DNA of 64,000 bases from Eubacteriales bacterium (GTDB taxonomy: Bacteria; Bacillota; Clostridia; Oscillospirales; JAAYXM01). The notes under the pieces were generated by a model, which was not told the origin of the DNA, ran no database searches, and saw only the letters and a list, made by a program, of their open reading frames with translations. The translations under genes and the position numbers were made by a program. The stretch spans positions 4,713 to 68,712 of the forward strand of contig JAZNAQ010000011.1 in NCBI GenBank assembly GCA_045586595.1, given 5' to 3'. This document shows positions 39,916 through 49,105 of the stretch, piece by piece. The stretch's first letter is position 1; every line of letters begins with the position of its first letter.

Positions 39916-41082
39916 ATGAAAGTAAAATGGACAGAAGAAACCACATCACGGGTTGTAGCATATTCAGCAGTACTTATCATTGCTATAGCATTTTATTTTT
40001 TAATCGAAAACATTGGCGGAATATTTAATACTCTAAAGGACTTTTGGAGTATTCTTTCACCCTTTATTATCGGTTTTGTCATAGCGTACCTCCTCACCCG
40101 ACCGGTAAATTCTCTGCAAAAATTTTTAAACCGCCTTTTTTTCAAAAAAACAAAAAAGCAGCATTCGATAAACCGCGGAATCTCTATCGCAGCGGTAATT
40201 ATACTTGTTCTTATAATCCTCGCTCTCGTTGTGTATTCGATTGTCCCTCAGCTTGTTGACAGCGTTACGACACTTGCAAAAAACGCAGATGGGTATATCA
40301 AATCAATCAACACTCTGTTGGATAAAACTTTTTCTCATTTTAATATAGACGCAAGCTTCTTAAACGATTTTCTCGGCTCGTCTCAGGAGCTCTTCAAAAA
40401 GCTTACCGAATACATTGCCGCAGGGCTGCCGAAACTCCTCGATTTCTCGGTTTCAATCGGCTCGGGTATTTCAAACTTTTTTATCGGTTTCATCATTTCA
40501 ATATATATGCTCAGTGGAAAGGAGCGTTTTTCCGCTCAGATAAAAAAATTGCTTTTCGCGCTGTTTCCTAAAAAGTTTGTCGACGAAACGGTTTCTGCCT
40601 TTAGATATATGCACGAAACATTCGGAAAGTATTTTTCCGGTCAAATTCTTGACAGCTTAATTCTCGGAATAATATGCTTTATCCTCATGTCTATATTCAA
40701 AATGGAATATGCACTTCTCATTAGCATGATTATTATGATAACTAATTTCATACCGTTTGTCGGCCCGTTTATAGGAGCTATTCCAAGTGCATTTATCCTG
40801 CTTATGGTTAATCCCGCAAAAGCAATCTGGTTCATTGTTATGATTATAGTCCTGCAACAGCTTGACGGAAATGTACTCGCGCCTAAAATAGTGGGCAAAA
40901 CCACGGGTTTGTCCTCTTTCTGGGTTGTATTCTCAATTCTTGTAGGCGGCGGGCTTTTCGGTGTAGCAGGAGTTATTCTCGCAGTCCCCGCATTTTCTGT
41001 TGTATATACATTCACCAAGCGGTATATCGAATCCCGGCTCAAGACAAAAGGATTATCCTCAAACACAAGAGATTATTACTAA
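39916..41082 (+). CDS. AI-2E family transporter (PerM/YtvI-like)
   Basis: About 390 aa and 7-8 TM, with a conserved C-terminal block (IPFVGPFIGAIP...LQQLDGNVLAPKIVG). Confidence 0.85.
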   Translation: MKVKWTEETTSRVVAYSAVLIIAIAFYFLIENIGGIFNTLKDFWSILSPFIIGFVIAYLLTRPVNSLQKFLNRLFFKKTKKQHSINRGISIAAVIILVLIILALVVYSIVPQLVDSVTTLAKNADGYIKSINTLLDKTFSHFNIDASFLNDFLGSSQELFKKLTEYIAAGLPKLLDFSVSIGSGISNFFIGFIISIYMLSGKERFSAQIKKLLFALFPKKFVDETVSAFRYMHETFGKYFSGQILDSLILGIICFILMSIFKMEYALLISMIIMITNFIPFVGPFIGAIPSAFILLMVNPAKAIWFIVMIIVLQQLDGNVLAPKIVGKTTGLSSFWVVFSILVGGGLFGVAGVILAVPAFSVVYTFTKRYIESRLKTKGLSSNTRDYY

Positions 41083-41084
41083 AA

Positions 41085-41123
41085 GAAAAGAAGCTTCGCG
41101 TTTTGTTGCGAAGCTTCTTTTTA
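41085..41123. terminator. Bidirectional terminator between the AI-2E transporter and pseudouridine synthase genes
   Basis: AAGAAGCTTCGC (41088-41099) pairs with GCGAAGCTTCTT (41108-41119), flanked by A- and T-runs. Confidence 0.75.
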
Positions 41124-41822
41124 TAATGATTTTAAATATTTTACCTCACGCTCTGTAAGGTGACGCCACCTTCCCGCAGGCATTTTCTCAAGGGCAAGGT
41201 CTCCGATTGTTACACGCTTTAAGCGAATCACCTGAAGGTTTGCCGCTTCACACATACGCCGTATCTGGCGGTTTCTACCCTCTCGAATTACTATGTGCAA
41301 AAGCCCGCCGTCAGAGTTTTCGCGAAGCACTGTTACATCTGCCGGCCGCGTTTCTTTTCCGTCAATCATTATTGGAGATTTAAGTGTTGTCAGCGAGTCC
41401 TCGAGGTGTCCGCGTACTGTTACAATATATCCCTTTGGAATATCATGCGACGGGTGAGTAAGGCGATATGTCAGTTCACCGTCATTTGTCATAAGCAACA
41501 AACCCTCTGAATTATAATCAAGCCTGCCGACCGGGTGCACTCGCGTACCAACATCAACAAGCTCACTCACAGTTTTTCTGTCATGCTCGTCGTCAAGTGT
41601 TGTTATATAACCTCTAGGCTTGTTAAGCATTATATAATACTTGGTTGCCCCCGAAATTACCTTTCCGCAAACTTCAATAACATCACTTGAAGCATCTGCC
41701 TTATCGCCCAAAGACGCAACAGCTCCGTTAACCCTAACCTTACCGTCAATTATAAGTTTTTCAGCGTTGCGTCTTGAACACTCTCCGCACGCTGCTATTA
41801 TCTTCTGCAATCTTTCAAGCAT
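41121..41822 (-). CDS. RsuA/RluB-family rRNA pseudouridine synthase with an S4 domain
   Basis: 233 aa with an S4 N-terminus (RLQKIIAACGECSRRNAEKLI), the catalytic motif VGRLDYNSEGLLL, and GRNRQIRRM. Confidence 0.88.
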   Translation of the reverse strand: MLERLQKIIAACGECSRRNAEKLIIDGKVRVNGAVASLGDKADASSDVIEVCGKVISGATKYYIMLNKPRGYITTLDDEHDRKTVSELVDVGTRVHPVGRLDYNSEGLLLMTNDGELTYRLTHPSHDIPKGYIVTVRGHLEDSLTTLKSPIMIDGKETRPADVTVLRENSDGGLLHIVIREGRNRQIRRMCEAANLQVIRLKRVTIGDLALEKMPAGRWRHLTEREVKYLKSL

Positions 41823-41861
41823 TTATATCTCTCCGTCTGAATTTGTTGTTTATAAAAATTA

Positions 41862-42596
41862 TTACCAATCACCCAACTCATACATCACAGCAGTACACGC
41901 CGCGAGCGGTGCGGTTTCCGTTCTGAGTATTCTTGGGCCGAGCGTGACTGTGCTTATGCCATTTTCCCGTGCTGTCATCGCCTCTGAATCATCAAAGCCG
42001 CCCTCAGGGCCAACAATTATGTTGATTCTCTTTTTTGAAGATGCTGTTAAGACATCTCGAAGTTTTATATTTTCTTCGCACTCATACGGCATTATGTTAA
42101 GCGCGTCTTCACACCCTACCATACTCGCAACAGCCTCATTAAAGCTAATCATACTGCAAACCTCAGGGATAACCCCTCGCCCGCTCTGCTTGGCTGCCTC
42201 GGCTGCAATCTTTTGCCACCTTATGATTTTTTTATCGCCGTCAGATGGCCGGCTCACCGCGCGCTTTGTTATAACGGGAACAATTTTAGAAACGCCGAGC
42301 TCAACACATTTTTGTACTATATAATCCATCTTGTCGCTCTTTGGCATTCCTTGATACAGAGTAATCTCCAAATCAGCCTCTGCACGGTTTTGTTCGCTTT
42401 CTACTATATCTGCAACAACCCGGTCAGCAGAAATTTCAATTATTTTACATTCATAGTCAGTTTTGCACTTGTCGCACACGGTCAAAGTATCGTCAATTCG
42501 GAGCCGAAGCACCTTTGCAATATGCTTTACGTCATCGCCCGTAATATAAACTTTATTGTCTGTAATCTGACTTTTGTCAACGAAAAACCTCGGCAA
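41862..42596 (-). CDS. rsmE: 16S rRNA (uracil1498-N3)-methyltransferase
   Basis: 244 aa starting MPRFFV, with a PUA-like N-terminus and a SPOUT C-terminus (IIVGPEGGF...LGPRILRTETA). Confidence 0.9.
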   Translation of the reverse strand: MPRFFVDKSQITDNKVYITGDDVKHIAKVLRLRIDDTLTVCDKCKTDYECKIIEISADRVVADIVESEQNRAEADLEITLYQGMPKSDKMDYIVQKCVELGVSKIVPVITKRAVSRPSDGDKKIIRWQKIAAEAAKQSGRGVIPEVCSMISFNEAVASMVGCEDALNIMPYECEENIKLRDVLTASSKKRINIIVGPEGGFDDSEAMTARENGISTVTLGPRILRTETAPLAACTAVMYELGDW

Positions 42597-42736
42597 TTAA
42601 AAGCACCCTTTCGGCCATGAGTATTTTTTACAATTATACCAAACTTCATAAGGTTTTACAAGAAATCTTTTAAGCATTTGACTATTTACAATAAAACAGA
42701 ACTCTGATATTATTTTCAAAAAAGGAGGATGCTTAT

Positions 42737-43039
42737 ATGTCAGAATTATTGGAAATTGCAATGATAGTAAGTTTCGGTGCTTCCTGGCCGATGGGGGTAA
42801 TAAAATCCTATAAGGCGAGAACAGCAAAGGGCAAGAGCCTTGCATTTCTGTGCCTGATTCTTTTCGGCTATGTTGCAGGTATTGCTTCAAAGTTTATGAA
42901 CCCTTCATATATGGCAGAATTCAGCTCAAAGTGGTATGTACTTTTCTTCTATATATTAAACTTTGTTATGGTTGCTGCAGACCTCGGCATATACTTCAGA
43001 AACAGGCGACTTGATAAGACAAACGGCGTGATTGCATAG
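42737..43039 (+). CDS. 100-aa 3-TM membrane protein, PQ-loop/SemiSWEET-like (tentative)
   Basis: AAGGAGG SD. Three hydrophobic helices. The first loop, SWPMGVIKSYKARTAKGKS, resembles the PQ-loop motif (PQ..K.yk.ks..G.S) with PM in place of PQ. Confidence 0.4.
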   Translation: MSELLEIAMIVSFGASWPMGVIKSYKARTAKGKSLAFLCLILFGYVAGIASKFMNPSYMAEFSSKWYVLFFYILNFVMVAADLGIYFRNRRLDKTNGVIA

Positions 43040-43058
43040 CTCATTTTCATATTTTCTA

Positions 43059-43087
43059 TTGACAAGCAAAAAACAAAATGATATAAT
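43059..43087 (+). promoter_or_regulatory. Sigma-A-type promoter for the T-box leader and trpB
   Basis: TTGACA (43059-43064), a 17-nt spacer, then TATAAT (43082-43087). Confidence 0.65.
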
Positions 43088-43094
43088 GCTTTAC

Positions 43095-43385
43095 AAGTTA
43101 ATACACTAAACCGTTGAAGCGGAGATAAAGGTGATTATGCTTCCACAGAGAGCCCGCGGCGCTGAGAGTCGGGTGAAAAACAAGTCATCAAATGGACCGC
43201 TGAGGGTGCAGTCAAATGCGGTTTTCCGCAGAGTATTCTGCAACGTGCAGGCATACGTCAGTTGCCGGGGATATATTGGTATCCTGCCAAGCGCACGGCA
43301 AGTTGCCGTGAATCAAGGTGGCACCGCGGATAAGTTTTTATTCGTCCTTGACAGATAATACACTTCTGTCAAGGGCGTTTTTGTT
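43095..43385 (+). promoter_or_regulatory. T-box riboswitch leader, probably tRNA-Trp specific
   Basis: Stem I elements AGAGAG and GCTGAGAG. Candidate specifier UGG at 43193-43195, followed by A. Conserved T-box sequence AATCAAGGTGGCACCGCGG (43311-43329). Terminator CGTCCTTGACAG/CTGTCAAGGGCG plus TTTTT (43343-43383). Confidence 0.85.
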
Positions 43386-43434
43386 TCTCTTCTAAAATAT
43401 CTGAATACTTTTAAAATTCATGGAGGAAATTGCT

Positions 43435-44652
43435 ATGACACACAACAACATAAACTTTGACACATACTTCAAAAACTATCCCGACAAAGACGGTTTCTTC
43501 GGCAAATACGGCGGAGCATATATCCCCAACGATTTAAAAAAAGCAATGGAAGAAATCACCGAGGCATACTTTACAATCTGCAAATCAAGCAAATTCATAA
43601 GCGAGCTTCGCAGAATCCGCAAGGAGTTCCAAGGCCGCCCTACCCCTGTTTCTTATCTTGAACGCCTTTCCTCAACGCTCGGCAATGTCCAGCTGTATGT
43701 AAAACGAGAAGACTTAAACCACACCGGTGCTCACAAGCTCAATCACTGTATGGGCGAAGCACTGCTTGCCAAATACATGGGCAAGAAAAAGGTCATTGCA
43801 GAAACAGGCGCAGGCCAGCACGGCGTTGCTCTTGCCACTGCCGCGGCATACTTCGGCCTTGAGTGTGATATTTACATGGGCGCCGTTGACATCAAGAAGC
43901 AGGCTCCCAATGTCGCAAGAATGAAAATTCTCGGTGCAAACGTAATTGAAGTAACCCACGGCCTTGCAACGCTTAAAGAAGCAGTAGACGCGGCATTTGA
44001 GGCATATGCGAAGGATTATAAAAACAGCATCTACTGCATAGGCTCAGTTGTCGGCCCGCATCCGTTCCCGATGATGGTGCGCGACTTCCAGAGCGTTGTC
44101 GGCATTGAGGCAAGAGAACAATTTGTATCAATGACAGGTGAACTTCCCGACGCCATTGTTGCATGTGTCGGAGGAGGCTCAAATGCGGCGGGCTTCTTCG
44201 CGGGCTTCTTAAATGACCCTGTTGATATTTACGGCGTCGAGCCGCTTGGTAAGGGGCCGAAGCTCGGTGACCACGCAGCAAGCCTTCAGTACGGAACAGA
44301 AGGCGTTATGCATGGTTTTAACAGTATAATGCTCAAAGATGAAAACGGCGAGCCCGCACCGGTTTACTCCGTAGCAAGCGGTCTTGACTATCCCTCCTCC
44401 GGCCCTGAGCACGCATTCCTCCACGACATTGGAAGAGTAAAGTACGATGTTGCGTCTGACGATGAAACAATAGACGCGTTCTTTACACTTTCAAGGCTTG
44501 AGGGTATAATCCCTGCCATAGAGAGCTCTCACGCTGTTGCTTATGCAATGAGGCTTGCAAAGGAAATGGGAAAGGGCTCAATCCTCATCAACCTCTCCGG
44601 TCGCGGCGACAAGGACATGGACTATATCATAGAAAACTACGGCATAAGATAA
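43435..44652 (+). CDS. trpB: Tryptophan synthase beta chain (standalone; no trpA adjacent)
   Basis: Motifs [23 protein letters not shown] (PLP lysine), [10 protein letters not shown] and [11 protein letters not shown] at 43435 lies 8 nt after GGAGG. Confidence 0.9.
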   Translation: MTHNNINFDTYFKNYPDKDGFFGKYGGAYIPNDLKKAMEEITEAYFTICKSSKFISELRRIRKEFQGRPTPVSYLERLSSTLGNVQLYVKREDLNHTGAHKLNHCMGEALLAKYMGKKKVIAETGAGQHGVALATAAAYFGLECDIYMGAVDIKKQAPNVARMKILGANVIEVTHGLATLKEAVDAAFEAYAKDYKNSIYCIGSVVGPHPFPMMVRDFQSVVGIEAREQFVSMTGELPDAIVACVGGGSNAAGFFAGFLNDPVDIYGVEPLGKGPKLGDHAASLQYGTEGVMHGFNSIMLKDENGEPAPVYSVASGLDYPSSGPEHAFLHDIGRVKYDVASDDETIDAFFTLSRLEGIIPAIESSHAVAYAMRLAKEMGKGSILINLSGRGDKDMDYIIENYGIR

Positions 44653-44656
44653 TTAT

Positions 44657-44697
44657 AAAAAATCACACAACCGTTTTTACGGTTGTGTGATTTTTCT
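44657..44697. terminator. Bidirectional terminator between trpB and the PAP2-like gene
   Basis: AAATCACACAACCG (44660-44673) pairs with CGGTTGTGTGATTT (44680-44693). Confidence 0.8.
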
Positions 44698-45168
44698 TTA
44701 AAAGAGTATGTGATACATCAGAAAGGCATTGGCTACACCAAGAAGAATACCCGATGCCACCTGCACAGGGGTATGCCCAACAAACTCCTTGAGCTTAACC
44801 TCGGGTAGCTCCTTCGCGGCAAGCACATTAAACGAATCTATTATTTCATTTAAAAGCACCGCCTGCTTACCGGTTTCAAGCCTTACTCCCATTGCATCAT
44901 GGCAAACGATAATTGCAAGAATTATGCTTAAAGCAAATTCAAAGCAATGAGTGCCGTATACAATCCCACATATTGTTGCAAGCGACGACACCGTGGCAGA
45001 ATGTCCACTCGGCATACCGCCGTCGCCAAACAGGCGAGCAATATCAAACTTTTTATATATTATGGCATGTATTATCACCTTGAGCACCTGAGCGAGAAGC
45101 CACGAGGTTACACCCGTAACAAGAAAAGGGTTGGTGATTAAATCAACGAGCCATTTCATACTATTCAT
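44698..45168 (-). CDS. Divergent PAP2 family membrane protein (YuiD-like)
   Basis: 156 aa with the motifs GGMPSGHSATV and HDAMGVR. Confidence 0.82.
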   Translation of the reverse strand: MNSMKWLVDLITNPFLVTGVTSWLLAQVLKVIIHAIIYKKFDIARLFGDGGMPSGHSATVSSLATICGIVYGTHCFEFALSIILAIIVCHDAMGVRLETGKQAVLLNEIIDSFNVLAAKELPEVKLKEFVGHTPVQVASGILLGVANAFLMYHILF

Positions 45169-45185
45169 CTCCCGAATGTTTTATT

Positions 45186-47321
45186 CTATATGTCTTTCAT
45201 TGTAAGGCTGATACGCTTTTTGTCAACATCAACACCAAGTACCTTGACTGTAACAACGTCTCCAACCTTCAATACCTCTGATGGGTGTCGGATAAACTTA
45301 TTGCTGATTTGAGATATGTGAACAAGGCCGTCCTGATGCACTCCTATATCAACAAACGCACCAAAATCAATAACGTTGCGAACTGTGCCCTTAAGCGTCA
45401 TGCCCTCTTTCAGGTCCTTCATATCAAGCACATCCTCACGCAGAAGCGGAGGCGGAAGCTCGTCACGCGGGTCACGCCCCGGCTTTGAAAGCTCGCGCAG
45501 AATGTCCTGAAGGGTCGGAACACCCACACCAATACGCTCTGCCAATGACTGCAAGTCAATGTTGTGAGCAGCTTGCGCCGCTTGTGCCGCGTTCTTCGCA
45601 TCGGCGCCGAGATGTGAAAGGAGCTCCTGGGCCGCCTTATACGACTCGGGGTGAACCCCCGTGTTGTCCAAAAAGTTTTTACTTTCCGGAACGCGCAAAA
45701 ATCCTGCACACTGCTCAAACGCCTTTGCTCCGAGCTTTGGTACTTTCTTAAGCTCAGCGCGAGATTTAAAACTACCGTTTTCTTCACGGTATGCTACTAT
45801 ATTCTTACAGACCGCCGATGACAGGCCGGAAATGTGGCTAAGCAGCGCAGCAGAGGCTGTGTTAACATCAGCGCCGACACTGTTTACACAATCCTCAACA
45901 ACGCCGCCAAGAGCGGCTTCAAGGCGTTTCTGCGGCATATCGTGCTGATACTGCCCAACACCTATTGCTTTGGGCTCAATTTTTACAAGCTCTGCGAGCG
46001 GGTCCTGCAAACGGCGTGCGATTGATACTGCAGAGCGTAGCGTTAGGTCAAAGTCAGGCATTTCTTCTGCGGCAAGCTTTGACGCAGAATATACCGATGC
46101 GCCCGCCTCGGACACAACCATATAAGCAACCTTTTGTGGAATTTCGCGCAATACCTTTGCACAAAAAAGCTCGGTTTCTTTTGAAGCAGTGCCGTTTCCG
46201 ATTGCTATAATCTCAACGCCCCAGCGTGAAATTTTTTCTTTAAGTATATCTGCCGAGCGTTTTTCCTGCGCATCGCCGTGGGTAGGGTATATAACAGATG
46301 TATCGAGCACCTTGCCTGTACGGTCTACAACAGCGAGCTTGCACCCTGTTCTATAGCCGGGGTCAAGCCCTATCGCAACCTTGTCCTTTACGGGAGGCGC
46401 CATAAGAAGCTGGCGGAGGTTTACACCAAAGAGTTTAATAGCGTCCTCGGATGCCTGCTCAGTAAGCTCTGCTCGTATTTCCCTCTCAATCGACGGGTAA
46501 ATAAGGCGCGAGTATGCATCGTCACACGCCGCCTTGACAAGCTCGGCACAGGCTGAACTGCCGTGAACATAAAGAGAGTGAATTGAGTTGAGCGGCCTTA
46601 TCGGATCAGTATCAACCGACACCTTCAAAAATCCCTCTTTCTCACCGCGGTTGAGAGCAAGAACTCTGTGTCCTGCAAGCTTTTCAACGCCCTGAGCAAA
46701 CTCGTAATAGGTAGCATAAACGCTGTCTTCGTCGTCCTTTGCGGCGGATGAGGTAACAATTCCGTGAAAGCGAACAAGGTTACGCACACGCTTGCGTACC
46801 TCAGCATTGTCTGAGACATCCTCGGCGATAATATCCTGTGCACCGCAGATTGCGGACTCTATATCGTCTACTCCCTTTTCAGAATCGACGAAAGGCCCCG
46901 CAAGGTCATCAGGCTTTACACCAGTCGTCTGATTTTCCAGAATGGCCTGTGCCAAGGGCTCAAGCCCTTTCTCGCGTGCGACCGATGCGCGCGTTTTGCG
47001 CTTCGGTCGGAACGGACGGTATATATCGTCAATTTCAGAAAGTGTTTTAGCATTATCAAGCGCGGTTGAAATCTCATCGGTAAGGTTTCCCTGCGCCTCT
47101 ATCAGCCCACGCACTTCTTCTCTGCGGGCATCAAGGTTTCTGAGATATTCGAGCTTGTCCGCAATTTGGCGGATAAGCTGGTCATCCATAGTTCCGTGCT
47201 GTTCCTTACGGTATCGCGCAATAAACGGAATAGTGTTACCCTCATCAAGTAGTGCGATAATATTTTCAACATAGTCCTCACGGACTGAAAATTCTTCCGC
47301 AATGACGGCGGCATAAGACAT
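45186..47321 (-). CDS. tex: Tex-like transcription accessory protein (YqgF/HhH/S1 domains)
   Basis: 711 aa with the N-terminus IPFIARYRKE, a YqgF-like core (GLDPGYRTGCKLAVVD), an HhH region, and a C-terminal S1 domain (GTVRNVIDFGAFVDIG). Confidence 0.93.
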   Translation of the reverse strand: MSYAAVIAEEFSVREDYVENIIALLDEGNTIPFIARYRKEQHGTMDDQLIRQIADKLEYLRNLDARREEVRGLIEAQGNLTDEISTALDNAKTLSEIDDIYRPFRPKRKTRASVAREKGLEPLAQAILENQTTGVKPDDLAGPFVDSEKGVDDIESAICGAQDIIAEDVSDNAEVRKRVRNLVRFHGIVTSSAAKDDEDSVYATYYEFAQGVEKLAGHRVLALNRGEKEGFLKVSVDTDPIRPLNSIHSLYVHGSSACAELVKAACDDAYSRLIYPSIEREIRAELTEQASEDAIKLFGVNLRQLLMAPPVKDKVAIGLDPGYRTGCKLAVVDRTGKVLDTSVIYPTHGDAQEKRSADILKEKISRWGVEIIAIGNGTASKETELFCAKVLREIPQKVAYMVVSEAGASVYSASKLAAEEMPDFDLTLRSAVSIARRLQDPLAELVKIEPKAIGVGQYQHDMPQKRLEAALGGVVEDCVNSVGADVNTASAALLSHISGLSSAVCKNIVAYREENGSFKSRAELKKVPKLGAKAFEQCAGFLRVPESKNFLDNTGVHPESYKAAQELLSHLGADAKNAAQAAQAAHNIDLQSLAERIGVGVPTLQDILRELSKPGRDPRDELPPPLLREDVLDMKDLKEGMTLKGTVRNVIDFGAFVDIGVHQDGLVHISQISNKFIRHPSEVLKVGDVVTVKVLGVDVDKKRISLTMKDI

Positions 47322-47529
47322 AGATATTTTTCTCCTTTCGAAAGGTCATTCTTCAATAGTTTAAGTATAACATCTTACGGAGTTTAATTCAAGTTTCCAT
47401 TATGGTTGACACTCCTCAGTTATAATTGTATTATATATCAAGAGAAGCTTTCTCGGATATGTTTAACAACAGAGGTCTATTGCGGTAACACAATATCCGC
47501 ACAGTACAAAAAAGAGAGTGTGACAGTTA

Positions 47530-47844
47530 ATGAAAAAATGTAAAATTACCGTGATGAGAATGGCACGGTACGACGATTTAATCAAGAAATATGAAAACCC
47601 GATTGAGCATGCTTGCAACATGAAAGAAGGCCAGGTTTTTATCTCAAATGGCTGGCAAAAGCCCGACGGAATGTGCGACAGTGCGTGGGAGAGTATGTCC
47701 CCGTTTGTTATGACACTTTCCCACGGCGGCGAAAGCCTTTATGACGGTTGGATGAAGAATAAGCGGTCTGCAATGATTTCCTGCAATGATGGATTCAGAC
47801 CCGTTAGTTTTTATATTGAAGCTCTTGATGAAGATGTAGACTGA
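47530..47844 (+). CDS. TIGR04076 family protein
   Basis: 104 aa. CKITV...C...G...DGMC..AW...SCNDGFRPVSF is the pattern I associate with TIGR04076. Confidence 0.7.
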   Translation: MKKCKITVMRMARYDDLIKKYENPIEHACNMKEGQVFISNGWQKPDGMCDSAWESMSPFVMTLSHGGESLYDGWMKNKRSAMISCNDGFRPVSFYIEALDEDVD

Positions 47845-47857
47845 TATCACAGATAAA

Positions 47858-47900
47858 TAATAAAGGTGCCGAAACATAATGTTTCGGCACCTTTATTATT
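47858..47900. terminator. Bidirectional terminator between the TIGR04076 gene and the cotJC remnant
   Basis: An approximately 20-bp stem, AATAATAAAGGTGCCGAAAC pairing with GTTTCGGCACCTTTATTATT. Confidence 0.8.
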
Positions 47901-47907
47901 GTATTGT

Positions 47908-48372
47908 TTAACAACTCTCACACTTCGAACCATTCGAGCGGCGATTTGAGTTCTTTTTCATATCAAACGCAGGGTTGAATGCATAGAAGTTTTTGTAGTT
48001 CAGGTTCTCCTGAACATGACGCAACGCCTCACCGAAACGCTGGAAGTGAACTATCTCACGCTGACGAAGAAATTTTATTGGGTCGCATATATCAGGGTCG
48101 TCTATAAGGCGAAGAATATTATCATATGTCGTTCTCGCCTTCTGTTCTGCTGCAAGGTCCTCCATAAGGTCTGTTATTGGGTCACCTTTAACCTGGAAAT
48201 TTGCCGCGGTCTGCGGGAATCCTGCCGCCGCCTGCGGATACGTTCCCACTGTGTGGTCAACAAAATACACATCAAATCCTGCAGCCTTAATCTGCTCAGG
48301 CGTCAAGTTGCGCGTAAGCTGGTGGACAATAGTCGCGATCATCTCCATATGCGCAAGTTCTTCTGTACCTAC
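47908..48372 (-). pseudogene. cotJC: 5'-truncated Mn-catalase-family spore coat gene cotJC (C-terminal ~154 codons only)
   Basis: From VGTEELAHMEMIATIVHQLT onward, through KGDPITDLMEDLAAEQKARTTY and FLRQREIVHFQRF, the ORF parallels B. subtilis CotJC from DIGTEEFAHLEMIATMVYKLT onward. The roughly 65 N-terminal residues, including the first metal-binding helix, are missing. The 39 upstream codons of the ORF (48373-48489) are unrelated and have no SD. Confidence 0.75.
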
Positions 48373-48572
48373 CTTGTGAAATCTCAAGTACCCAAGTCGA
48401 AAAATGTAGTAATTCCAAGACTTTCGGGCTACTCGGCAAAGTGCCGTTACTTGAAATTCAAGGAATTCGGACAAATTCAAAACGCACATGCAATGTGAAA
48501 ATTAAAGTAAATATTTAACGGACAAGCACTACCGAAAGGTGGTGCTTTTTCTGTTTCAGGAGGTACGGAAGA

Positions 48573-49007
48573 ATGAAATTAAATTATTTTTATAAATGCG
48601 AGGCAGACCAATTTACCTTTTACCGCCTGCCGAAGATTTTAGTGGTAAATGAGATGTTTTCACACATTTCCTACGGTGCGAAGATTCTCTACGGACTACT
48701 TCTTGACAGAATGGGTCTTTCCCTTTCAAATCACTGGCACGATGAATTCGGCAGAGCATATATTATCTACAGCATTGTCGAGATTATGGAAGATATGAAC
48801 TGCTCCAAAGCAACGGCGATTAAGATGATGACCGAGCTTGAAGATGCAGGACTGCTTGAGAAAAAGCGACGAGGTCTGGGACTTGCGAATATTATTTATC
48901 TTAAAAAGTTCATTGCGATCGAAAATCAAGAAGTTCAAACTTTAGACTTCAGAAGTCAAGAAAGAAACATTCCAAGAAGTACAGAATTTGAACTTCAAGA
49001 AGTTTAA
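48573..49007 (+). CDS. RepA_N-type replication initiator protein A-like
   Basis: 144 aa. FYRLPKILV......ISYGAKILYGLLLDRMGLSLSN.W.DE.GR.YIIYSI.EIME is typical of Firmicute RepA_N domains. GGAGGT SD. Confidence 0.75.
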   Translation: MKLNYFYKCEADQFTFYRLPKILVVNEMFSHISYGAKILYGLLLDRMGLSLSNHWHDEFGRAYIIYSIVEIMEDMNCSKATAIKMMTELEDAGLLEKKRRGLGLANIIYLKKFIAIENQEVQTLDFRSQERNIPRSTEFELQEV

Positions 49008-49105
49008 GTTTTAAACCCTAATAATACTAAACCAAATAATAATTACTGTAAAAATACTTATTCAATCATATCGTATCATGATGTGATGAGAAACGAGGTG
49101 CAAAA

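Noticed and set aside
43131-43358. A 75-aa ORF upstream of trpB
   Set aside because: It lies entirely inside the T-box leader RNA and has no SD.
47400-47529. A possible riboswitch in the ~100-nt leader of the TIGR04076 gene (CGGATAT...ATATCCG pairing)
   Set aside because: There is only one modest hairpin, and it does not resemble any riboswitch consensus I know.
48373-48489. The 193-aa ORF 47908-48489 as an intact gene
   Set aside because: Only the C-terminal ~154 codons are catalase/CotJC-like. The N-terminal 39 codons read into element DNA, have no SD and lack the first metal-binding helix. I treat it as a chimeric read-through of a truncated gene.
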